NCBI RefSeq assembly: GCF_009914755.1
Contig: NC_060928.1
From: the human T2T-CHM13v2.0 reference genome, Homo sapiens
Length of the DNA: 64,000 nucleotides
Direction: 5' to 3' (one strand)
A program made the translations under genes and the position numbers. The notes below the pieces were generated by a model. It saw nothing but the letters and a program-made list of their open reading frames with translations, was not told the origin of the DNA and ran no database searches. Of this stretch, positions 41,101-51,697 are shown one piece after another (the first letter of the stretch is position 1; each line of letters begins with the position of its first letter).

Positions 41101-42669
41101 CTTAACACCATCCACTGTCAGACCCTACATGGTACTTGCCACTTTAGTCCACTTGCCACTTTAGTTCTTTTCATCCTGCACAGCTGGGACCTGTCCTCTC
41201 TTCACCATTTACGGATGGGCAAACAGAGGTTCCAAGCAGGAATGCACCTCCCCAGGCCACTGGGACCCAGGCCTCTCTGACCCTGGCCTTTTCCACCATG
41301 CCCCACCGCGTGGATGAGGGGATGGGAGAGGGAGAGGGGTGAGGGGCGAACCAGCCCTAGGGGTGGCAAATCTGTCTGGGACCTGACCAGTGTGGGACGT
41401 CTTCCCGGAGGTCGTGCCTGCCTCCCCTGGCGTTCCCACTCTGCAAGCCTCCTTCCTATCTGCTGCTGCTCTTCCTGGCATGAAGCAGTCCCCTGTGCGT
41501 GGTTAATGCCCTCAAAGCCCAGCACTGTGTCCCAGCACTGCTGGAGGAAGACCTCTTTGCCCGGGTCTGGACTCCTTAATCCTAATTGCGGTCCTCAGAG
41601 CATTCTTCCCTGGCAGCTGGTGCCCCTTACTTGGGGTCTCTAATCCCTGCCTGGCCCTCCCCTGTGCAGGCATGGTGTGGGCACAACAGCACCAGCCCCA
41701 TCTCCAACTGGCATGAGAGGCGTTGTCACCCTCAGGCTGCAGGCAAGGGAACCCCATCTCAGAGATGCTCAGTAACCTGTCTAGATCACACAGCCTTCAA
41801 CTGGCAGGGTGGGGCCTGGAGCCTGGGCCTCTATGTCAGGGAACTGGTTTTCTGCCTGTCTGCCCTCCCGTCTCCCCCTCAAATTCCTGACCCTTCTCAT
41901 GTTCTCCTGATCTGCTGATTCAAGGGAGGCTGGTGTGAGGGAAGCATTTCCGGCATGTCTAATTAAAACTGGTCGTCGGGATGGCTGGCCTGGAGCCCAG
42001 GGAAAGCCAGGCCAGGCAGGGGAAACTGGCTGCAGAGGCTCTGTGACATTCACTAACCACCTGCATGACAGAGGCAGCCAGCCCCTGCCTTAAAGCGGGT
42101 CTCCTGGGGGCGTCATCCTTGTACTGACAGGGTCCGGCTCACACACCAAAGCCTGTGGGTCTACACATGGGCAGGCAGGGGTGTGCCGGCATTGGGTCAC
42201 ACAGCCCAACTGGGGTGACAAGGTCCTGGCTCCACCCGGACAGGCCAAGAGGAGGGGCAGGAGGTGGCACGGGGTGGGAGCCCTGCCTGGGATCCTTGCT
42301 AACCTCTGGAGACACGGTTCCTTTGGGTTCAATGACAAAAATAACTTCATTTTGATGACCTAAGGAATGCTACTCATGGCTAGAAACCCAAACAGTACAT
42401 CAAAGATGAAGGAAAATTTAAAATCCCCTGCTTCCCTTTTACTGAGACGACCACTCTTAACAGCTCAGCGGCTGCTCTACCATGTGTTTCTGTAGGCCAC
42501 AAACAAAAACCACACACTCTCACACACCTGGGACATATGATATGACATCACAACCTAGAATAATTCATCTATCTTCTCATAAGGCAGCACCTCGATGTGC
42601 TTTCAGAAACAATATTCTCAGCACCTCCACAGAGCCTAGCCAGCTCTGCAGAAGTGCTCGGTGCACACA

Positions 42670-43760
42670 TCTGAAAATCATAACTTCATTGAGATATAAT
42701 TCACATAGCCGTACAATTTGCCTGTTTGGAATGCACACTCAATGGCTTTTGGTATTTCACAGAGCTGCGTGCTGATCACCATAATCCATTTTAGAAAATT
42801 TCCATCACCCCAAAAAGAAATGCTGCATCCTTTACTGTCACTCCCGTTTTCCCTCCGCAGCCCCTGGTAACAACTGGTCTGTCTCTGTGGATTTGCCTGC
42901 TCTGGGCATTTCATGCGAACGGAATCCCACACTGCGTGGTCCTTCGCGACTGGCTTCTTTCACTCGGCGTCATGTTTTCAGGGAGTGTCCGTGGTGTGGT
43001 GGGCGTCAGTGCCTCTTTCCTTTTGATGGCTGAGAAATATTCCGTTGTACAGACAGACCCTATTTGGCTCATCCATTAGTCAGTGGATGAACTTTGGGGC
43101 TGTGTCTACTTTTTGGTGATTGTGAATAACACGGCTATGAACATTCGAGTGTGAATATTCGTGTGGACATAGGTTTGCATGCTTTTTGGGTAGATACCCA
43201 GGAGTGGAGTTGCTGGGTCCTGTGGTCACTCTGTGTGCCACCTTTCAAGGAACAGTCAGACTATTTTCCACACCGGGTTCTGATTTCTACGCATCCCCAC
43301 AGCCTGCTCTGGGTGTGCCTGCGATTTTGATCCAGCCATTCTAGCGGATCTGTAATCGCGTCTCACTGGGATTCTGATGTGCCGTTCCCTGTGGGCGAAT
43401 GATGCTGGGCATGGTTCATGTGTAGATTCTCCCTCTGGGAGTCTTCTTTGTAAAAATGTCGATGCAGATGCTTTGCCCATTTTTCAGCTTGGTTGTCTTG
43501 ATAGGATTGAGGGATGAGAGTTATTCGTATATTCGAGATACAAGTCCCGTGTCAGCTTGCTAATTTGCAAATATTTTCTCCTATTTTGTGAGTTGTGTTT
43601 TCACTTTCCTCACGATGTCTTTGGCATCACAGAGGTTTTTGATGAAATCCAGTCGTCTATATCTTGTTATGACGGCTTGGGCTTTGGTGTCTTTTCTAAG
43701 AAACCATCGCCTGATCCACCGTCATGAAGATGCGCTTCTGAGTGTTCTTCTAAGAGATTT
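42670..43760 (-). mobile_element. L1MB-type fragment
   Basis: TTCATTGAGATATAATTCACATA...GACTGGCTTCTTTCACT...TTTGCAAATATTTTCTCC. Confidence 0.8.
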
Positions 43761-43872
43761 ACGGGTTTTTTGGTTTTACTGTAATTTTACATGAATAATT
43801 TTACACAAATAGAATTGCATCTATGTGACTGCTAGTTTTAATTGTGGATACCCTTGCTTCGCATGTGAATCG

Positions 43873-44100
43873 CGATCTGCAGTGCTGATGGCCGCAGGTT
43901 TGCCTGGGGCCTTGGTGCCAGACTGCTTCTGGGATGGCTCTGCCATCAGCGTTGACGGTCTGGTCCATCTACCACAGTCGATCTGCAGTGCTGATGGCCA
44001 CAGGTTTGCATGGGGCCTCGGTGCCGGGGCTGCTTCTGGGATGGTCGTGGTTGGCTCTGCCATCAGTGTGACGGTCCGTCCAGCACAGTTGTCCACAGTT
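43873..44100. repeat. Two-copy tandem duplication, period 106 bp
   Basis: CGATCTGCAGTGCTGATGGCC(G/A)CAGGTTTGC..TGGGGCCT..GGTGCC..CTGCTTCTGGGATGG at 43873 and 43979. Confidence 0.9.
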
Positions 44101-45049
44101 GGTGGAAGCACAGTGGGCCTGAGAAGGCATCGCAGACTCAGCTGAGCTGGAGAGGCCCGCCCAGCCTCTGCCATGGAAACTCCATCTGGGACACGGACAT
44201 CGTCACCTGCTGTCTGCTCTGGGCATCCACGGCTGTCCTCAGAATGCTCCAGCACCCCAGCCATGCCAGCTCGTCCTCCTGGGCAGGAGGGCGAACTCAC
44301 ACTCGGCTGTGCGTGGGCAGCCTTGGGGGACCCGCCGCTTTTGGGAACACACCTGCATGTCTCCTTTTTTGGTTCACAACACCCTGGGAGGGGGAAGCCA
44401 CACAGCCAACCCGCTTTTTCTGGGGGCCTCATGGGCAGGGCAGTGTCTCCTCCAAGCCCCACGGTGAGGTCAGGCAGAATCAGGGCTCGAAGCTTCATGG
44501 GTTGGACTCCAGGGCCACTGTCACTGCCTGAGCCAGGGCTGCTCCCTTCAGTAACATTCCACGGAGTTTCAGAGTGTGAGGCGCTGAGGGGGGGCTATGG
44601 ACAAGAGTCCCAGTTCCTCTGTGCAGGGCAGAACCCACAGGCCAGAAGGAGGGCACCAGGGAGGGAAGACTCTGGTCTGGCTGCCCAGAGATGAGGCCCT
44701 GCTGGGCACCAGGCCTCGTGCCCACACAGAGTGGGGAACATTTCAGGGGGAGGAGGGAGCCGCTGGAGGCCCTGGCACTGTGTCAGGCCCCCTCCCCTGT
44801 GTACCCCCTGCTCTGCTTCCAGGGGTCTGGGCTGCCTCCCCACTGTTCTCCCTCCCCTCCCTTCCCTCTCCCCTCATCTCACTCCCCCTGCCTCCCTTTT
44901 CTCCTCTCTCCCTAGCCCCCCAGATTTTGCCATCACCTTCACCCCACAGGCCGCCTGGTCAACACGCAGGATTGGAGCTATTGGAATTGCTGGTTGTTCG
45001 TATCTAAGGAGCTTGATGGGCCCTGTCTTTTATGTTAATATCAGGGAAC

Positions 45050-45582
45050 TGCGGCATTCATGCTGTCCCCCGAGCAGGACACCGGGCCAGGCAGGTGCTA
45101 CTGCGTGGTGTCCTGTGCACCACAGGACGCTCAGCCGTGGCCTGACCCCTTCCTGCCAGATGCCAGAGGCACACCCTCCTGAGCTGTGACCATCAAAAAT
45201 GTCTCCAGATGGCCGGGCGTGTGGCTCACACCTGTAATCCCAGCACTTTGAGAGGCTGAGATGGGAGAACTGCTTACACCCGGGAGTTCAAGACCCACCT
45301 GGGCAACAAAGTGAGACCCCGTCTCTACTAAAAAAATTAAAAATTAGCCAGGTCTGGTGGCGTGCACCTTAGTTTCAGCTACCCGGGAGGCTGAGCTGTG
45401 AGGATTACTTGAGCTCAGGAGGTTGAGGCTGCAGTAAGCCATGTTCATGCCACTGCACTCCAGCCTGGGTGACAGAGTGAGTCCCTGCCTCCAGAAAAAA
45501 AAAAAAAAAATGCCTGCAGACATTGCCACATGTCCCCCTGGGAGCACAGGAGCACAGCTGCCTGTGGGTGAGAATCACCACC
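45050..45582 (-). mobile_element. MER20 split by an Alu insertion
   Basis: CAGATGCCAG..GAGCTGTGACCATCAAAAATGTCTCCAGA[Alu]CATTGCCACATGTCCCCTGGG..GAGAATCAC. Confidence 0.75.
45211..45510 (+). mobile_element. Alu (AluJ-like)
   Basis: AGGTTGAGGCTGCAGTAAGCCATG is J-type. TSD-like AAAAATGTCTCCAGA / AAAAATGCCTGCAGA. Confidence 0.92.
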
Positions 45583-45861
45583 TTAAAGGAAAAAAGAAAA
45601 GGGAGGGAGGGAGGCCCAGACGCTGTGGTCAGTGGGTGCTGGAGTCCAGACGCAGCTCCGATACCAGCACCGTGTGAGGTTGGATCAGACTCTTCCCGTC
45701 CCCAGCCTTAGCTGACCTGTACAATGGGGTCACCCTCCTCACCCCACAGTGCTGTCCATAGAGAGTGTCCCCGAAGCCTGCACCCACTGGCGCTCGTGGT
45801 GCCGGCGCTCATGACCTTCACGCAGGGCACAACTTGACTGGACCCGTCCTTTCCCACCAGA

Positions 45862-45934
45862 CCCCTGAAGCTGATTCATGGAGCTCACAGCTCCCAGTCC
45901 CCTGAAGCTGACTCATGGAGCTCACGGCTCCCAG
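45862..45934. repeat. 37 bp tandem duplication
   Basis: CCCCTGAAGCTGA(T/C)TCATGGAGCTCAC(A/G)GCTCCCAG at 45862 and 45899. Confidence 0.92.
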
Positions 45935-45972
45935 CCGGATGGTCTGGGCAAAAGCGCAGTTTGGGGATTTAC

Positions 45973-45997
45973 CTGTGTCTCCCCCTGGCACCCCCAT
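45973..45997 (-). CDS. Candidate alternative first coding exon of ABLIM2 (MGVPGGDT-), 5' boundary unknown
   Basis: ATG GGG GTG CCA GGG GGA GAC ACA G|GTAAAT: a phase-1 donor compatible with the phase-1 exon at 25062, in a locally CpG-richer, repeat-free segment. No transcript evidence is visible from sequence. Confidence 0.3.
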
Positions 45998-46389
45998 GGA
46001 GCGTGGCTGCTTGCAAAGGGCCAGCGGGTCGGCGGCTCTCCCTCTGCGTGGCTGGGCCTGGCACCCACGGAGGATCGGGCGGGAGTGGACCGGGGAAGAG
46101 CCTCTGTGGCCCACAGGGCTCCCACAAGGTCACGTGGCAGCTGCCACCCTCTGCCCGGGGAGGGGCAGAGCCAAGCCCTTCCCGGCACACTGAAATAGAC
46201 TCCCGCCACACTATGCGCCAGAGACACACCTGTCTCCCAGGCATCCGGGAAAGGGGCTCTGAAAAGGCACTCGGGGTGGGGGAGGAGTGGTGGGGGTGGG
46301 GAGCATCTGCTGACCCTTCCTCCATGTGTAGGGGCAGCAATAGTGAGCTCACAACCCCCACAGCCCCGCGTGCTGGGAGTGACAGCCTG

Positions 46390-46770
46390 CACCAGGGTTC
46401 CCTGAAATGGGGGCTTCAAACAACAGATACGGATTCTCTCGCAGTTCTGGGGGCCAGAAGTCTGACATGAAGGTGCCAGCAGGACCCTGCTCTTCACAGG
46501 GGTATAGGGAGCTCAGGCTGCCTCTTCCCGCTGCTGGTGGCTCCAGGCGCCCTTTGGTATGTGGCTTCAGGGCTCCTGTTTCTGCCCCCACCTTCACAGG
46601 CCGTCTTCCCTGTGTGTCTCTGCGTGTCCTTTTTAGTCTCTTATGAGGACACCAGTCACTGCATTTGGGGTCCGCCCTCATCCACAATGACCTCATCTCC
46701 ATCTTTACCATAATTACATACGGAAACACCCAAACAAGGTCACATTCAGAGCTTCCAGGTGGGTGGGGCC
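46390..46770 (-). mobile_element. MaLR LTR (MLT1B/C-like)
   Basis: GCAGTTCTGGGGGCCAGAAGTCTGA...TCTTATGAGGACACCAGTCA...AAGGTCACATTC. Confidence 0.78.
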
Positions 46771-47084
46771 ACAAGAAGACGTGTCTCTATCTAGCGAATC
46801 AGAGTCCAGCACCCCGTCGTAGGATGCGTTGCACCTGCACACCCAGTACAGCTGCCTGCAGCTCGCAAGGCCCCTGCATACCGAAACATGGCTAGCACCA
46901 CGCAGAACAGAGTTTTAGATTTTATTTAATTTTAATTCAACCAGGGGACCTGCTGGTTACCAGATGTACTCCCAGGCTCTAAAACACGAATGCACTAAAC
47001 CTCCAGTGACCTTGCACAGCAGGTCTCCTTGCCCTGGCTCTAAGGCAGGAAAGCGATGAAGTCATTGTCTAGCCCAAGGCCACT

Positions 47085-47410
47085 GCCGTGGATTGAATGT
47101 GGTGTCCCCTCCCCAGACTCACATGCTGATATCCTAAACCCCAGTGTGACAGGATTTGGAGGCGGGACCTTTGGGAGGAATTAGGTCTTGCAGGTGGAGC
47201 CCTCATCATGGGATGAGTGCCCTTGTAAGAAGAGGCCAGAGGCTGCCTCGCTCTTTCTACCACATGAGGGTGCGAGGAAAAGGCGGCTGTCTGCAGCTCA
47301 GAAGAGGGCCCACCCAGAGCCCGACCATGCTGGCACTCTGATCTTGGACTTCCAGCCTCCAGAACTGAGAAAAATAAATGTCTATTATTCAGAAGCCACC
47401 AGTCTATGAG
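47085..47410 (+). mobile_element. MaLR LTR (MLT1A-like)
   Basis: GTGGATTGAATGTGGTGTCCCCTCC...GGACTTCCAGCCTCCAGAACTGAGAAAAATAAATG. Confidence 0.8.
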
Positions 47411-49229
47411 GCTTCGTTGAGCTGCACCGAGACCACACATCCTACCTGGCTGCCCCCAGCTTTCCCCCAACTGGGCTGCCAGCACCCCCATAGGTTGTGC
47501 CCATCCAGGAACCTGAGGCTGGGGGCAGAGGCCCTGGAAGACCACACATGGTGGGCTTGTCTAGGCACTAGGGGCAGGAAATGTTTCCTTTTAACATTTC
47601 CCCAAGCTTTTGACATTTATAATTTGACATCAGAGGAAACACTCTCAATGCCATCTTTAAGGGAAAAGGAATAAAAAGCAGAAATACGTATGCCCCGCCC
47701 CCTCTGTGACTCACTCAAATCCCCTGCACAAGTGAATCAGAGGCCAGCACCCCATCGTAGGATGCATCCCACCTGCACACCCAGCTCAGCTGCCTCCAGC
47801 TTGCGCGGCCCCTGCGCGCCCGAAACACGGCCAGCACCATGCGAAACAGAGTTTTAGCTTTTATTTGATTTTAATTCATTTTAATTTAAATAAACACATG
47901 TGGCCAGTAGCTACCATATTGTTTCATGCAATAAGACTAAGACACGCTGTAAGACAGGTGTTTAAAGATGGTGTTTCTAAGATTCAGGGAGAAATCCGGG
48001 GCACAGAACCTGAAAACTTGACACCCCATCCCAAAGCCCACCACACTGTGCTGTCATCATGACTGTGTTTGCAAGACAAGTATATGCACAGATGAGTCCC
48101 CTGCGGACACACTTTTCAGCAGCAGCCAGTGGGGCTGGGAGCAGAGACAGGTATGCTCCCTCTCTCTCTCTCTCTCTGTGGCTCTGGGGCCCTGGGAGGG
48201 CTGGCGTTGAGAAGTGTCAGGGCTAGAAGAGGCCATAATGATCACCGGCCACCCCCTCCCCGCCATTGTACGGATGGGAGTGCAGGGGCAGTCTGGAGAG
48301 TTCTGTACCTAATCCTGAGAGGAGACCTCTTCCATGCTCAGAGACACTGGGGAGCCAACTGCACCAGCCCAGGACGTGGGCCAGGGAGGCTGCTGGAGCC
48401 AGGCTTCTGCTAGTCAGCACAGCTGGTGCCCTGCGGGCTCCCAGCACTCAGCACTGCCTGGGGTTCCCACGGAGAAGGAGCCTCAGATTCCCCTGGCCTC
48501 CAGCCTGCTGTTCACCCCTAAGCATCTAGTTTATTCAAAGGCAGCCCCCAAGAAAGGCCCTGGTGGTCTCAGCCTGGAAGGGGAACACTCAAGTCTTGAA
48601 GGAACTCAGCCAGCAGGTACTGATGGCTCACAGGGCCAGGGATGGAGACGCAGGGTGGCCAGGGTGGTGCTGGATGGCTGAGGCCCGGCCGCATCTGTCA
48701 CCAGTTCCGGGATGGCCCATGCTGGGAAACATCACGTTGCTTTGAGGCCATCATCTTAAGGGGATTCTCTGTAATGTTCAGGAGAGGGCCATGTGGAGAG
48801 GTTGGCCTTCTGAGTCCTGCCTGGGCCCTCAGGGTCCTCTTGGCTCAAGACCAACAACTGCAGGGGCTATGGCAGGGAGAGTGGACGCCGGCGCCGGGCA
48901 CTGATCTGGGCCTTTCCACAGCTTTTTAGAATATCAAGTTGTCTAAGCTTCCCCGAGACACTGTGAGGTGGCGCCACGCTTGGCCCCGCGTTACTGGGAC
49001 TTGAAGGGAGGCAGCCTGGCCCGAGTCCAGGGTGTGCTTGACGGCACCCAGGGGAGCACAGGGTGATCTGACCTGGCCTGGAGGGAGCAGAGGGGCTTCC
49101 TGGAGGAGGGGGTATCAAAGTCCAGCTGTGAGATGGAGGAGGAATTAGCCAGGCCCAGGGAGGGGAGAGACGGTCTGGGCAGAGAGCAGTACAACAAGGA
49201 CAGGAATACAAAATCGGTATCACTGGGCT

Positions 49230-49660
49230 GATGTCAAGGCAGCCCCAAGGCCGAGCTCCCCGAAGGCTCTAGGGCAGGCTGTCCTTGCCTTGCCTGGCTG
49301 CTGGGGCGGCCTGCATTTCCTGACTTGTGGACGGCAAGGTGGCCCCAGGGCTGAGCTCCCCCAAAGGCTCTAGGGGAGGCTGCCGTTACCTCGCCCTGCT
49401 CTTGGGGCAGCCTGCATTTCCTGGTGATGGCAGCATCACTCCAGCCTCTGGCTCTGTGGTCACCCCACTCTGCCTCTCTCTTAGAATAACTGTGATGGCA
49501 CTGAGGGCCCACTCAGATCATCCAGGATCAGCTCCCCATCTCAGCATCCTGGTGTAAGCCCATCTGTAAAGACCCTTTTTCCACATAAGGCAATATTCAC
49601 AGGTCACAGGGATCAGGACCTGATATGCTGAGGTGGGGCACAATTTCTCAGCCAACCACA
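49230..49660 (-). mobile_element. MaLR LTR (MLT1C/D-like)
   Basis: CAGCATCACTCCAGCCTCTG...CATCTGTAAAGACCCTTTTTCCACATAAGG..ATATTCACAGG. Confidence 0.7.
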
Positions 49661-50037
49661 TGCAGCAGCAGCTTAACTGATACTATATGTAAATGGCGAA
49701 CAAAAAATTCACAGAAAACACCTTCATTCCTTGTGATGTGCTCTACTATTTTCTACTCAACTCACCTTCTTATATAACGCACACTGCTGCGACCCACTAA
49801 ACTGATTTCCTGCCAGGGACTGGGTCGCCACCTGCAGTGCAGAAAATTATATCCTAACCTCTGCAGCTGCATCCTGCCAGGGTGGGGACCGGGACGAGAA
49901 CTATGATGACTTTAGTAAAAGAGGGGGATGAGCTGTTTCTGCATGCGGAGGGCAGATGGGACTGACAAGGGCCTGGGAGGACCCCCGACCCCTCCCTGAC
50001 TCTCTCACATGCTCTCAGCCACCCTCTGCTGGCCTGG

Positions 50038-50429
50038 GCACAGAAGCCTGCATCCCTGAGCACAGCAGCCCGCATCCCCAGCACAGCATCCCGCATCCCT
50101 GAGCACAGCAGCCCGCATCCCCAGCACAGCAGCCCGCATCCCTGAGCACAGCAGCCCGCATCCCCTGCACAGCAGCCCGCATCCCTGAGCACAGCAGCCC
50201 GCATCCCCAGCACAGCAGCCCGCATCCCTGAGCACAGCAGCCCACATCCCCTGCACAGCAGCCCGCATCCCCTGCACAGCAGCCCGCATCTCCAGCACAG
50301 CAGCCAGCATCCCCAGAACATCAGCCTGCATCCCTGAGCACAGCAGCCCGCATCCCCTGCACGGCAGCCCGCATCCCCTGCACAGCAGCCCGCATCCCCT
50401 GCACGGCAGCCTGCATCCCCGAGCACAGC
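50038..50429. repeat. Minisatellite, 21/22 bp unit, 18 copies
   Basis: GCACAGCAGCCCGCATCCC followed by TGA, CA or CT. Confidence 0.96.
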
Positions 50430-51139
50430 TGTGCCGGCCGAGCTCAGGCCTCGGGGTGCCTGGACATCCCTCCGTGGGGTGTGGTGTACTAGCGGGATGG
50501 CTCAAGTGGCACAGGAACGACCTGGTTGGAAAGGAAACAGCGTACATGGTCCCACGAGGCTGCAATCACCCCCCTGCTCACTCATGCTCACCCCCTCCCC
50601 TGCACAGAACCCCTCACTCCCTGACAGCCCAGCGCTGTGGCTGCCACCCATCACGGGGGCATGGATGGGGTATAATTACTCACATCTTCATTTCTGAATG
50701 CTGCTTAAAAGCTGAGAAGTAATGAGATCAGGCCCTGACACATGGGACAGGTGAGAGAGATTTTCACTGAGACTTAAAGCGAGGAAGACACCAGTGCTTT
50801 TTCAGGATTGTAAAACTTAGGTTTAGAGGGATCTGAGACCATCCAGTCCCTGGAGAAGGACGCCCAGCCCTGGCCTTTCCTGAGCACTGGGCCCCCAGCT
50901 CCCTCTGAGTGCTGGATGCCTCCGTGGGGATGCTCCAGGCACCTCACGGTCAGAAAACAGAATGCGGAAGGCCTGCTCACTGCCACCCTCCCTCACCGCC
51001 ACTCCTGCTCCCCAGCAATGCTGCACATCATGAAGCACGGCCCCTACCCCGCTGTCTTCCCTCGGGTGACTCAGTCCTGGGCCTGCAACAGGCCCCAACA
51101 CTCCAGAGCCCTGGGACCTGGGCCCAGCGACTGAACCTC

Positions 51140-51270
51140 TTAGAGCCTCAGTTTCCTCATCTGTAAATGGGGATACCACGGACTGGGCTGCAGGGAGACT
51201 AAATGAGATGATGCCTCTGAAAGTGTCCAGCCCCTACCCGGGCACGTGGTGGGCACTCGGTAATTGGCAT
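51140..51270 (+). mobile_element. MIR fragment
   Basis: GAGCCTCAGTTTCCTCATCTGTAAATGGGGATA. Confidence 0.75.
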
Positions 51271-51299
51271 CTTTGTTCCCCAGTTCCTGACTCGATGGG

Positions 51300-51697
51300 T
51301 GTCCCGTGGCTGCTGTGACACAGTGCCACAGACGGCAGCTTAACAACAGGCATTTACTCTCCCCGGTTCTGGAGACCAGAAGTCCCAGATCAGGGGTTGT
51401 GAGGACAACGCAGGCTCTGGGGCTCTGGGAAGGACCTTCCTGGCCTCTTCCCGCTTCTGCTGGCAGCCGGCAATCCTCCCGAGCCTCAGCCTGCAGCCGC
51501 GTCACTCCAATCTCTGCCTCTGATGTCACGTGGCCTCCTCCCTGCGTGAGTTCACATCACCTTCCCTCTTCTCCCTTCCCAAATCCAGCATGACCTCATC
51601 TGGACGAGTTCCATCCCGCAATGACCCTACCACCAAGTAAGGTCACATGCAGAGGGGTCAGGGCTTCACTTAGCGGGAATGCAATTCAACCCACAGC
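51300..51697 (-). mobile_element. MaLR LTR (MLT1B/C-like)
   Basis: GCTGCTGTGACACAGTGCCACAGA..GCTTAACAACAG...GCAATTCAACCCAC. Confidence 0.75.

Noticed and set aside
49854-50565. Cys-rich ORFs resembling keratin-associated or metallothionein-like proteins
   Set aside because: They are translations of the 21/22 bp minisatellite, open in several frames.
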